Source: Planctomycetota bacterium
GTDB taxonomy: Bacteria > Planctomycetota > MHYJ01 > WSZJ01
Assembly (NCBI GenBank): GCA_038060895.1
Contig: JBBTCT010000001.1
Location: forward strand, 224,001 to 288,000
Direction: 5' to 3'
Length of the DNA stretch: 64,000 nt
Shown: one piece after another, positions 48,872 to 58,005 of the stretch
Layout: the number at the start of each line of letters is the position of its first letter
Position numbering within the stretch: position 1 is the first letter of the stretch
Made by a program: the position numbers and the translations under genes
The notes under the pieces: model-generated
Told to the model about the DNA's origin: nothing
Database searches by the model: none
What the model saw: the letters and a program-made list of their open reading frames with translations, nothing else

Positions 48872-49627
48872 TCACGGCTCCGCGGGCGGTTCCTGGGAGC
48901 TCGCGGCATCCTGATCCGGGATCAGGGTGATCCGGATATCCGCAAAGTCCTCCGTCTGCTCGAGCGTCACCTTCTGCTGCTTCGCCAGCTCGAGAGAAGC
49001 GAGGAAGTGCGACACCGTCTTGAGGGGATTCGAGCGGTCCGGGACCAGTTCGCGGAAGTTCATCGCTCCCTTTGCCTTGACCGCCTCGTACATCGCCTCG
49101 ATCACGGCTTCAATCGGGACGTCGTCGTAGAGGATCTTCTCCAGCCCGTCGATGCGCGTCGCCTTCGAGATCTTCGCCCACGTCGCCGCGAGGTCGAACG
49201 CCGAAAGATCGACTTCTTCCTCTTCGCCCTCCGGCACTTCCAGCCTCAGCCGCGGCCGCCCGAACATTTTCTCCCGTCCGTCGGCGAGCCGCCCGAACTC
49301 CCGGGCGAGGTCCTTGTAGCGCTTGTACTGCAGGAGCTGCTGGATGAGCTCGAGCCGGGGATCGCCTTCGTCTTCTTCCTCTTCCTCGATGCTCCGCGGC
49401 GCGAGCGTCCGCGATTTCATTTCCATGAGCGTGGTCGCCATGACGAGGAACTCGCCGGCGACGTTGATATCGAGCTTCTCCATCATCTCGAGGTACTTGA
49501 CGTACTGCTCGGCCACGCGGGCGATCGGGATATTGAGAATGTCCAGCTCCTGCTCCTTGAGGAGGTGCAGGAGGAGGTCGAGCGGGCCGTAATACGTCTC
49601 GATCTTGACCTTGTAGTCGACGGTCAT
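48872..49627 (-). CDS. scpA: Segregation/condensation protein A
   Basis: YYGPLDLLLHL, EFLVMATTLMEMKSRTL, FLASLELAK..LEQ..FADI. Confidence 0.93.
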   Translation of the reverse strand: MTVDYKVKIETYYGPLDLLLHLLKEQELDILNIPIARVAEQYVKYLEMMEKLDINVAGEFLVMATTLMEMKSRTLAPRSIEEEEEDEGDPRLELIQQLLQYKRYKDLAREFGRLADGREKMFGRPRLRLEVPEGEEEEVDLSAFDLAATWAKISKATRIDGLEKILYDDVPIEAVIEAMYEAVKAKGAMNFRELVPDRSNPLKTVSHFLASLELAKQQKVTLEQTEDFADIRITLIPDQDAASSQEPPAEP

Positions 49628-50265
49628 TGAGTGGGAATCCCGAACAGGAGCTCGCGGTACTTGTAGACGGGGAGGAAGTAGTACTTGCTGACGTTTGGAA
49701 TGCTGAGGATGACGATGGCGATGATGATGCCGTACTGGCGGAGCGCGTCAAACTTCTCCCGCGCGACCGGCCCCAGGAAGTAGCGCAGCACGTCGCCCCC
49801 GTCGAGGCCGGGGACGGGAAGCATGTTGAAGAACAGGAGGATGAGGTTCAGCTGGATCATGACGAGGAACAGCAGGTGGTACACGGAATCCGCCGGTAGG
49901 GACGGCCGGATGACGAGATAGAGGCCTGAAAACAGAAGGGCCAGCACGACATTCACCACAGGCCCGGCCAGCGCGACAAACACGCGGTCGCGAAGCGGCT
50001 TCTTGAAGTAGGCCGGATCGATCGGCGTCCACGCGCCACCGAGCAGGCCCTGCCCGCTCATGATGAAGACCAGCGGGAGAATCACGGCCGTGAAGACCGG
50101 CTTGAGGTGTGCGAACGGATTCAGCGTCAGCCGGCCGTGATTGGCAGGCGTCGGGTCCCCGAACCAGGTCGCCGAGTACGCATGCCCTGCCTCGTGAAGT
50201 CCCACCGACAGGACCCACGCGGCCGCCTGGATCAGCTTGTATTGCGTTTCGAAATCCTGAGGCAC
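49624..50265 (-). CDS. Site-2 protease (M50)
   Basis: HEAGH, GDPTP..GRLTLNP, VALAGP, FNMLPVPGLDGG. Confidence 0.92.
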   Translation of the reverse strand: MPQDFETQYKLIQAAAWVLSVGLHEAGHAYSATWFGDPTPANHGRLTLNPFAHLKPVFTAVILPLVFIMSGQGLLGGAWTPIDPAYFKKPLRDRVFVALAGPVVNVVLALLFSGLYLVIRPSLPADSVYHLLFLVMIQLNLILLFFNMLPVPGLDGGDVLRYFLGPVAREKFDALRQYGIIIAIVILSIPNVSKYYFLPVYKYRELLFGIPTQ

Positions 50266-50389
50266 GCAGGGACGATAGCCCAGCCCCCCGGACCGCGCCA
50301 CAGCGGTCCCGGCGGCGCCGATCGTGAAGAGAAAGTGAAGAGTCCATGAGCGGGGCGACGGGGCGCCGAAGCGCGTGTATCATGCGCCG

Positions 50390-51346
50390 ATGGACCTCGA
50401 ATTCCCGAGGCAGGTCCTCCAGACCGAAGCGGACGCAATCCGCTCGCTTGTCTCCCGCCTCGACCAGACCTTCGGCGAGGCCGTGCGGCTGATCCTCGGC
50501 TGCAAGGGCCATGTCGTGGTCACGGGGATGGGGAAAGCCGGGCTGGTGGGGCAGAAAATCAGCGCGACCCTCGCGTCCACGGGGACGCCCTCGCTCTTTC
50601 TCCATCCCGCCGAGGCGATTCACGGGGACCTCGGCCGCGTGACGCGCGACGACGTCGTCCTCGCCCTCTCGAACAGCGGCGAAACCGAGGAAGTCGCGCG
50701 GCTGCTGCCTCTTCTCAAGGAATTCGGCACGAAGATCCTCGCGATCACCGCCGCCGCCACTTCGACGCTCGGACGCGGGGCCGACATTACGCTCGCGATG
50801 GGGAAAATTGAGGAAGCCTGCCCGATCGGGCTCGCGCCCAGCGCCTCGACGACGGCGCTTCTCGCCCTCGGCGACGCGCTCGCTCTCTCGGTGCAGAAGG
50901 AGCGCGGCTTTACGAAGGAGCAATTCGCGTTCTACCACCCGGCCGGCGAGCTGGGACGAAAGCTTCAGCGCGTGTCGGACGTCATGAGGACCGGTGAACG
51001 GGCCCCGGAGATCGGCGAGAAACACGGGGTGGCCGAAGCCATCTCCCTCATCACGAAGGCGCGGGCGGGGGCGATCAGCGTGACGGACGCTTCCGGGAAG
51101 CTGTCGGGAATCTTCACTGACGGCGACCTGCGGAGGCGGATCTCCCTCGACGCGGACGTGCTGAAAAAGCCGATCGGCGAGCTCATGACGAAGAACCCGA
51201 AAACCATCAGGCCGGACCAGCTGGCGAGCGAAGCGCTGTTCCTGCTGCGCGAGAAGAAGATCGATGAGATTCCGGTCGTGGGCGCGGACGGGAAGCCCGT
51301 GGGGATGGTGGACGTGCAGGACCTTCTCGACATGGGACTGGTCTAG
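50390..51346 (+). CDS. kdsD: Arabinose-5-phosphate isomerase (KdsD/GutQ, SIS + CBS)
   Basis: GMGKAG..KISATLASTGTP, AEAIHGDLG, SNSGET, HPAGELG, GIFTDGDLRR. Confidence 0.95.
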   Translation: MDLEFPRQVLQTEADAIRSLVSRLDQTFGEAVRLILGCKGHVVVTGMGKAGLVGQKISATLASTGTPSLFLHPAEAIHGDLGRVTRDDVVLALSNSGETEEVARLLPLLKEFGTKILAITAAATSTLGRGADITLAMGKIEEACPIGLAPSASTTALLALGDALALSVQKERGFTKEQFAFYHPAGELGRKLQRVSDVMRTGERAPEIGEKHGVAEAISLITKARAGAISVTDASGKLSGIFTDGDLRRRISLDADVLKKPIGELMTKNPKTIRPDQLASEALFLLREKKIDEIPVVGADGKPVGMVDVQDLLDMGLV

Positions 51347-51350
51347 GCCC

Positions 51351-53888
51351 ATGCGCCGCTGGATCGCCGTTTTCCTTGCGGCCTTTATCCCGCCCACGGC
51401 GGTCATGGTGTTCTTCGCCTGGAGGGCGCAGGCGCCTCGCGGAAACGGCGACGACAGCCCGCTGGTCACCATTTCAAAGAAGGGGCTGCCGATCGGGACG
51501 GCGCGCGGCGTCGCGATCGTCGTGTACGAAGGCGACCGGATGGTCGCGGAGATCACGGGGGCCGAAGCGCAGATCGAGGGCCGGGATCGCGCGGTGTTCA
51601 CGGACGCCGTGATCCGTGCGTGGCCGGAGAAGAGCGACAACCCGCGCCAGCCCGAGGAAGTCACGATCCGGGCGCGCCGCGCGGAGATCGACCGCGAGGG
51701 GTTCGTGGCGCGCGTCATCGGAAACGTTCTCGTCGCCACTCCCGAGGGCGACACACTGCGCGCGGAGGATCTGAAGATCCTCTTTGGGAAGCGGATCCAG
51801 CAGGAGGACGGAAAGGAAATCGTGGATCGCTCGGAGAAGACGATCGACAGCCGCGGCCCCGTCGAGCTCGCGAGCGGTGACTCGGTGCTTCGTGGCACCG
51901 GGTTTCACGGCAACCTGGCCCTCAAGTCGTTCCGCTTCGACAGGGCCGTTTCAGGAACCTTCTTCGGCACCTCCGCGGATTTCGCGGCGACGGCGGCCTC
52001 GCGCACTTCGCGCAAACCCGAGGACGTGACCTTTCACGCCGGCGGCCCCGTGACGGGAGAACCGCTGGAATCCGAAGGCAAGACGCGCCGGACGCGGCTC
52101 GTGATGGCAGGCGGCGTTGAAGTCCTGCGGATCGACGCGGAGACGGAGAAGCCGACGCGGATGCGCTGCGGGACGGCGACCGCGGACATTCGTCGCCGGA
52201 CTCCCCCTCCGCCCGCATGGTTCCCGGCCTGGGAAGCATCGGAAGCGCTGGCCCGGTCGATGGGAATGGAACTGCAAAAACCCGCGGAGGTTGCCGCGAT
52301 CCGGCCGCCGCATCCGCGCGTCAGCCTGGAAAGGCTGTTGGCCGAGGGCGGCGTTGCCGTCCAGGACCCGCGGGTCAATCTCGAGGCCGAGTCGCTGGAG
52401 ACCGTGAATGCCGAGGACGGAAGCGGCGTGACGACGCTCCGGGGGCCCAAAAAGCGCCTGGAGTTCCACGACCGCGGCGCGATGTCCCTGGGGCCGATGG
52501 GAGACGCCGGGGCGGGCCCGAAGGAGGTCACGGCGATGGACGACATCCGCATCGTGCGCGCGGCGGACGGCGCGGACGGGGAGCCCGGACCTGCCACGAT
52601 CGGGCTCTCGCGATGGGTCTGGGTCCGCGAGGGCGCGCGCGAGTTGACCTGCGACTCGATGCGCCTCGACCTGGCGCCGGACGCTGCGCCGGCAACCGGC
52701 GGCAAGAAGTCCGGATTCGGGTACGCCCCGAGTTCGCTGGCGGCGACCGGCAACGTCATCGTGAAGGAACCCGGGCAAAGCGCCCGCGCCGACACGCTTT
52801 CGTGGAACGCCGCCGAGGACACCGTCACGCTTCTCAGCGATGCAGGCGCCGAAGTCGTTCTCCCGGACAAGCGCCTGGTTGCGAAAAAAATCCTCTTCGA
52901 CAACAAGACCAGCCGCATCACCTGCCGCGGAAACGTGGTCGCTTCCGGCGAAGGCGGAGGATTTGTGCCCACCTCGCTGATCGAACTGAATACCGAATCC
53001 GGCGCTTCCGGCGGCCCCTGGGAACTGCGCTGCCCGGAATTTACGGGGGTCATGACGAAGGAGCAGGAGTGCCTGGACGCCATGGGCCCGGTCACGCTCA
53101 CGACGGACACCACCACGGCGGCGGGGGATGCACTTCACTACGAGAAAAACCACGTCGTGTTGACCGGCCGTCCTGCCCGGATCGTGTCGGGGAAGGACAT
53201 CGTCGAGGCGTGGGAGATCGCGCTCGCTCCCGACACGGGCCGGGCTGTGCTGCGCGGCGTGAAGGAGATCCGCTTCCACATGAACGGCGGCCTCGGGGGC
53301 CTGGCCGGTCTGGCGCCGTCGCGGCCGGCTACCGCGGGTGGGGACGCGGAGGCGCCGACGCCCGTCATCCTCACGTGCAGCGGCCCGGTCGTCATCGACC
53401 GCGATGCCGGGATGTTCATTGCTCGCGACTGCGTCCTCGTGCGCTCGCCCGAGTCGGCCGCCGTCCCCGGAAAGCCGCCTCCGCCGCTCGCCCGCCTCGA
53501 GGCCGATCGCGTCTGGATTCACTTTGAACCCCAGACCCGCGAGCTCCTCGGCGCCATTGCCACCGGCCGCGTCCGCCTCCGGTCCTCTTCGCTCATCGCC
53601 GCCGGCGACCGGCTGACCTACGACGTCCCGACCGGGACCGCCGCCTTCACGGGCATCGGCAAACCCCTGTTCGCAAACGCCAGGGACGGCTCTTCGGTTC
53701 GCGTGGACGAAGTCCAGGTCGCCGACGGCGGCCGCACCTTAAAATTCCTCGCCCGGCACTCAAAGGGTAGTATCTCGTTCCCTGAAGGCCCCGCCCAGGA
53801 TCGACCCGGCAACTTCCTTCAGAATCCGTTCGGAAACCTGAAGCCGAAACCGAAGAAGGATCCGCCGGCCGACAAGCCGCCGAAGTGA
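51351..53888 (+). CDS. Large N-terminally anchored LptC/LptA(OstA)-like repeat protein
   Basis: Single TM then repeated jellyroll-like motifs (AEGGV, ATGNVIV..ARADTLSWN, AGDALHY, ATGRV..GDRLTYD); directly after kdsD. Confidence 0.65.
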   Translation: MRRWIAVFLAAFIPPTAVMVFFAWRAQAPRGNGDDSPLVTISKKGLPIGTARGVAIVVYEGDRMVAEITGAEAQIEGRDRAVFTDAVIRAWPEKSDNPRQPEEVTIRARRAEIDREGFVARVIGNVLVATPEGDTLRAEDLKILFGKRIQQEDGKEIVDRSEKTIDSRGPVELASGDSVLRGTGFHGNLALKSFRFDRAVSGTFFGTSADFAATAASRTSRKPEDVTFHAGGPVTGEPLESEGKTRRTRLVMAGGVEVLRIDAETEKPTRMRCGTATADIRRRTPPPPAWFPAWEASEALARSMGMELQKPAEVAAIRPPHPRVSLERLLAEGGVAVQDPRVNLEAESLETVNAEDGSGVTTLRGPKKRLEFHDRGAMSLGPMGDAGAGPKEVTAMDDIRIVRAADGADGEPGPATIGLSRWVWVREGARELTCDSMRLDLAPDAAPATGGKKSGFGYAPSSLAATGNVIVKEPGQSARADTLSWNAAEDTVTLLSDAGAEVVLPDKRLVAKKILFDNKTSRITCRGNVVASGEGGGFVPTSLIELNTESGASGGPWELRCPEFTGVMTKEQECLDAMGPVTLTTDTTTAAGDALHYEKNHVVLTGRPARIVSGKDIVEAWEIALAPDTGRAVLRGVKEIRFHMNGGLGGLAGLAPSRPATAGGDAEAPTPVILTCSGPVVIDRDAGMFIARDCVLVRSPESAAVPGKPPPPLARLEADRVWIHFEPQTRELLGAIATGRVRLRSSSLIAAGDRLTYDVPTGTAAFTGIGKPLFANARDGSSVRVDEVQVADGGRTLKFLARHSKGSISFPEGPAQDRPGNFLQNPFGNLKPKPKKDPPADKPPK

Positions 53889-53928
53889 ATTCGCCCGAAG
53901 CCGATATTCCCCATTCCGAAAGGACCCG

Positions 53929-54594
53929 ATGATGAACGTCCTCGACGGCCTCTCCAAGCAGCTCCAGGGCCGCGGACTGTCGGGCAAGACCGTGCTCGAA
54001 GGCGCCGTCTGGTTCGGGGACCTGCACAAGATGCTCTCGACGTTCGGCGACGACCTCGGCAAGTTCGCCAATGGCACCGCCGGGACGGAGGAGATCCAGA
54101 AATTCCTCCAGAAGTCCTCGGACTCGGCCAAGGCGATCCAGGCGCACATGCACGCGGACTCGATCGCGCTGGCACTGATGGGCGAAGTTTCGTCGAAGCG
54201 CAAGCCGGAGGACCTCGGGGTTGAAGGCGCGCCGAGCTACATGAAAGAAGGAGGCGGCGCTTCAGCGGTCCTGGCGTCGCTGAACGCCAAGGCGCTGGAG
54301 TGTGGCGTTCAGGGGGAAGCCTGGAAGGCTTCAGGGATTCCGGCGCACCTCGCGGAGATCGCGCAGGCGGCGGCGACCGTGAAAGGCACGCTCGAGATCG
54401 TCGCCGGCGCCGACAAGCTGACCGATGGCACGCTCGACGACCGCTTCTTCGAGATCCACTACGCCGCTACCGGCCAGATCGGCAACCGGCACATCCAGGA
54501 CAAGCCGAACGAGCCCGGGCTGCCGACGGCGTGCGCGAAGCTGCTGCAGGCGATGAAGAGGGAGTTGCTGTTGATCAAGGCGCCGCAGAAATAA
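53929..54594 (+). CDS. Hypothetical helical protein
   Basis: AAAGGA RBS; coding-like codon use; no recognised motif. Confidence 0.75.
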   Translation: MMNVLDGLSKQLQGRGLSGKTVLEGAVWFGDLHKMLSTFGDDLGKFANGTAGTEEIQKFLQKSSDSAKAIQAHMHADSIALALMGEVSSKRKPEDLGVEGAPSYMKEGGGASAVLASLNAKALECGVQGEAWKASGIPAHLAEIAQAAATVKGTLEIVAGADKLTDGTLDDRFFEIHYAATGQIGNRHIQDKPNEPGLPTACAKLLQAMKRELLLIKAPQK

Positions 54595-54750
54595 AACGGC
54601 AGGGGATGGGGTGAAGGCGGGAATGGGATGGTTCGGGATGGGGATCGGGATGGGGATTGGGCAAACAGCCACGTTCCGTGCATGGATGCCTATCCCCATC
54701 CCAATCCCGTCCCATCCCATTCCCGCCTTCGCCCCATCCCCTGCCGTTTT
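54593..54750. repeat. Long palindrome of GGGAT/ATCCC units between convergent genes; probably also a bidirectional terminator
   Basis: aaaacggcaggggatggggtgaaggcgggaatgggatgg pairs with ccatcccattcccgccttcgccccatcccctgccgtttt. Confidence 0.9.
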
Positions 54751-54751
54751 T

Positions 54752-57697
54752 TTAAGGCACCTTCACCGCTTCATTCACAAACAAGTCATCCTCGATCCCC
54801 CGCAGCCCGACGAGGTACTCCTTCCCCTTCTCGTCCGGCTCGACCAGGAAGCGCACGATGCGCTCCTGCCCCGGCTCGAGCGCGTAGACGACGTCGTCCA
54901 GCGTGCGAGTTCCAGGCCCCCGGTTGAGGTAGACCTTGAAGTCGGCCTTCTTCTCGCCGCGATTGTGGACGGTGACCGTGACTTCGAGCCCTTTGCCGTC
55001 GGCGGTGGGTTCGACGCGCGGGGTGACTTCGATTTCGGGCAAGACGGGAAGAGCGCGGGTCAGGACGGCTTCGCGGCGAACGCCGCCGACCGAAAACGTG
55101 ATGCGGAGTCGGATCTCGTAGCCGCCGGGGCGGATGTCGGAGGGGACCGCCAGGTCGAGCGGGAACGCCGCGCTGGCCCCGGGATCGACCGACGTGTGTT
55201 CGATCACAGGCTCGACGGGACGCCAGCGCGCCGGCAGATCCACCGAGACGATCCGCAGGTTCTTCAGCGGCTCCGCAAAGCGATTCGTCAGGCGGAACAC
55301 GGCACGCTGGGGATTCGCACGCGACTTCAGGGGCAGCCCTTCGAAACCGCCGGAAATCTGCGTGTCCGCGAAGGCGGCGTCGCGGACGACCAGGAAGGCG
55401 AGCTCTGATGAAGCTTCGATCCGGAGGCGGCCGCCGGGATCGGGCGTGAGCTTGCGCGAGCGGCCAAGCAGATCGACCCGAACGACGTCCTCGCCCAGCC
55501 ACGATTCGATGGCGCGCGGCGGTTCGGAGCGAAGGGCGAGAATTAGCCGGCCGTCCTTGCGGAATGCCGGCAACCCCGGCAGCAGCTCGCCCTGGACGGG
55601 CGAGGCGCTGGAAAGCAGATCGTTCAGGACGCGAAGCGCAAACCAGGACGGCGCCGGAGTGCCGTCGTCGTCCAGCAACGGCACCCCGCCGCTGGCGACA
55701 AGGGCCAGAAGTCCACGCGAGCGGGCCTCCACGGCACGCGCGGCGAGGTCGGAGGCGGACAGTGGCGCGAAAACGAACAGCTTCTCGCGCGGATCGGCGG
55801 CCAGCGCTGCGGCCAACCCGGCCGACGCACGATCGAGATCGAGCGACAGGAACGCCGCCGAGCCGGCGGAAGGCGGAGCCACGTCGGCCGGCCACGCAAG
55901 CCCCGGCGAGGCCAGCTCGTGCGTCCCCCGGATCGCCGCGGCCAGCTCTTCCAGCGTCGCCGAGTCGGACGCTCTGGCCAGCGACAGATCTGAATCGCCG
56001 GTCTGCCAGAGCGCCACGACGTCGCGGTGCGCGCCGACGAGCTTCGACAGCGGCTCTTCCCATCCCCGGTCCCGCGCCCCGAACCATTCGGCCAGTGTGC
56101 GCGGGGCGGCGGATCCGCCGGGGCCCGCCAGGACGCCGACCAGGTCGAGCCCGTTGCGGCGGAGGTCGAGGAGGATCTCGTGCATCGCCGCGCCCTCGGG
56201 GGCAAGGTCGGCGCGGTCGCGCGCGGAAGCGCCCCAGAGGACGACGCGCAGGCGGCCGATACCCGCCTGCGACAGGACCGCGCCGGAGCGGCGCCCCGGA
56301 TGGGCGTAGGGATCGACGGAAGCGCCGTATTCACCGGCCTTCCCCTTGGCGAAGTGGGGTTCGTGCGCGATGGCAAACGCGGCGCGCGCCTGGACAAGGG
56401 GCTTGTCGGAGGAACGGATGTCGAGACGCACTTCGTACGGCCCCGGCACCGTTGCCGGGAACTTGAACGGCAGGGCCAGGTTTTCGCGGACAGGCAGCTC
56501 GACGCCGCCGACGCGGCCTTCCCACGTTGTCTTCCCGTCGGCGTCGCGGACGACCGCGTGGACCTCGTACGCCCCGGGCTCGAGGCCGAGGGCCACGACA
56601 TTTCCAGACACACCACCGGCGTCGCGGGCTTCGCCTTCGCGGTAAATGCTCCCGGGCCTGCCCTCCGTGTCCAGCCTCACGCGCACCCGCCCGAGCCACT
56701 CGACGTCGTCGAACCATGCGCGCCCCTCTACGTCGTCGCCGCCCAGCACGAGGCGCAGCCGCGCCTTCCTCGCCTTGGCGGGGATTTCCGCGGCCTCGAG
56801 GTGAAGCGCCTTCCAAGCGCCGGCCGTGTCGCGAATCCCGGCGGTGCGTGCCACACCGATCCGCCTTTCGCCCTCGTCCAGCCACTCGATCTCGGCCCAC
56901 GCCGAGGATTCGCGCAAGCCGCCGGTCTTGACCCAGACGGTCAGCTCGTACGCGCGGTCCGGATCGACCGCCACCGCGCCGCGCGTTTCGAGCCCCGCCG
57001 AGCGACCCTTCGTCCACAGCGCTGCCGCGCGCCCGCCGCCGTGAAATTCCTCCGTCGCCACCCGGGTCTGCGTCGCGTTGAACGCCGGAAATTCGTCTCC
57101 CGGGATCGAGCGCCAGCGGTCCGGGAAACCGTCCTTGTCGAGATCCAGCTCAAATCCGTCCACGAACGCCTTCGCCACCCAGGACACATCATCGAAGCGG
57201 GCCGTCGCGGGCTCGCCGGAGCGGTTGGAGAGGCAGGCGCGGACGGCGACGGAGCGCGTCCGGCTGTCGAGAAGCGATACGGGAAGGGAGAGCAGCGTCC
57301 AGTCGTCGCGCGACGTCGCCTGGGGGGTGCTCTGCGGCGGGCCGAGAGGGTCCCCGCGTTCGTCCACGAGTTGGACGGTGATGAACCCCGAAGCCCCGTC
57401 GGCGCCCTCGACCTTGATCCAGCCCGAGAGGACGTAATCGTTGGCGAGGTCGAGCTGGCCAGCAAGACGGGTTTCGGCGGCCATGGAACCGGAAGCCGGC
57501 GCTGTGAGGACGAGCCCGCGGCCGTCCTTGCCGGCGCCGAGCGCAAGCGTCCCGGCGGGCCCCGCGCCGGGCGTGACGGTCGTCCACCCGTCCGGCAGGT
57601 CGTTCTTGTCTCCGTCGCGCTCGAAGCCGTCGGCGAAGTCGCGCGCCGCGGCGACGGAAGCCGCAAGGAGAAGAGCCGCGAAGAACCGCTTCATCAT
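54752..57697 (-). CDS. Large secreted protein: two carbohydrate-binding-like beta-sandwiches, degenerate GH-like core, Ig-like C-terminus
   Basis: Signal peptide; duplicated DGFE.D.D....PD.W ... Y.L..W.K ... FDDV.W modules. Confidence 0.7.
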   Translation of the reverse strand: MMKRFFAALLLAASVAAARDFADGFERDGDKNDLPDGWTTVTPGAGPAGTLALGAGKDGRGLVLTAPASGSMAAETRLAGQLDLANDYVLSGWIKVEGADGASGFITVQLVDERGDPLGPPQSTPQATSRDDWTLLSLPVSLLDSRTRSVAVRACLSNRSGEPATARFDDVSWVAKAFVDGFELDLDKDGFPDRWRSIPGDEFPAFNATQTRVATEEFHGGGRAAALWTKGRSAGLETRGAVAVDPDRAYELTVWVKTGGLRESSAWAEIEWLDEGERRIGVARTAGIRDTAGAWKALHLEAAEIPAKARKARLRLVLGGDDVEGRAWFDDVEWLGRVRVRLDTEGRPGSIYREGEARDAGGVSGNVVALGLEPGAYEVHAVVRDADGKTTWEGRVGGVELPVRENLALPFKFPATVPGPYEVRLDIRSSDKPLVQARAAFAIAHEPHFAKGKAGEYGASVDPYAHPGRRSGAVLSQAGIGRLRVVLWGASARDRADLAPEGAAMHEILLDLRRNGLDLVGVLAGPGGSAAPRTLAEWFGARDRGWEEPLSKLVGAHRDVVALWQTGDSDLSLARASDSATLEELAAAIRGTHELASPGLAWPADVAPPSAGSAAFLSLDLDRASAGLAAALAADPREKLFVFAPLSASDLAARAVEARSRGLLALVASGGVPLLDDDGTPAPSWFALRVLNDLLSSASPVQGELLPGLPAFRKDGRLILALRSEPPRAIESWLGEDVVRVDLLGRSRKLTPDPGGRLRIEASSELAFLVVRDAAFADTQISGGFEGLPLKSRANPQRAVFRLTNRFAEPLKNLRIVSVDLPARWRPVEPVIEHTSVDPGASAAFPLDLAVPSDIRPGGYEIRLRITFSVGGVRREAVLTRALPVLPEIEVTPRVEPTADGKGLEVTVTVHNRGEKKADFKVYLNRGPGTRTLDDVVYALEPGQERIVRFLVEPDEKGKEYLVGLRGIEDDLFVNEAVKVP

Positions 57698-58005
57698 TCC
57701 ATGTGTTCCCGGTTCGTTACGTTGCCGCCCTGCACTTTCTTGCTCCCCTTGTGGTCGATGTGGAACTTCACGGCCGCTTTCACTTCCTCAACAATCTTCG
57801 CCCACACCGCCGGGTCCTCGCCCGGCGGGCGGTTGTTGACCTTGATCAGCTCGACCTTCACGGTGTTCGAAGGATTGCGCAGGTATTCAAATCCGAGGAT
57901 GTACGCGATGGGGCCGTGGATGTGCCCCGAGTGGTGAAAGGAAGTTCCCGACGCCTGGGCCGAGCGCTGTTCGACGTCGATGTAGCGAATCTGCCGTTCA
58001 GGCAT
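57694..58005 (-). CDS. Small hypothetical protein
   Basis: 103 aa, abutting/overlapping both neighbours. Confidence 0.65.
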   Translation of the reverse strand: MPERQIRYIDVEQRSAQASGTSFHHSGHIHGPIAYILGFEYLRNPSNTVKVELIKVNNRPPGEDPAVWAKIVEEVKAAVKFHIDHKGSKKVQGGNVTNREHME

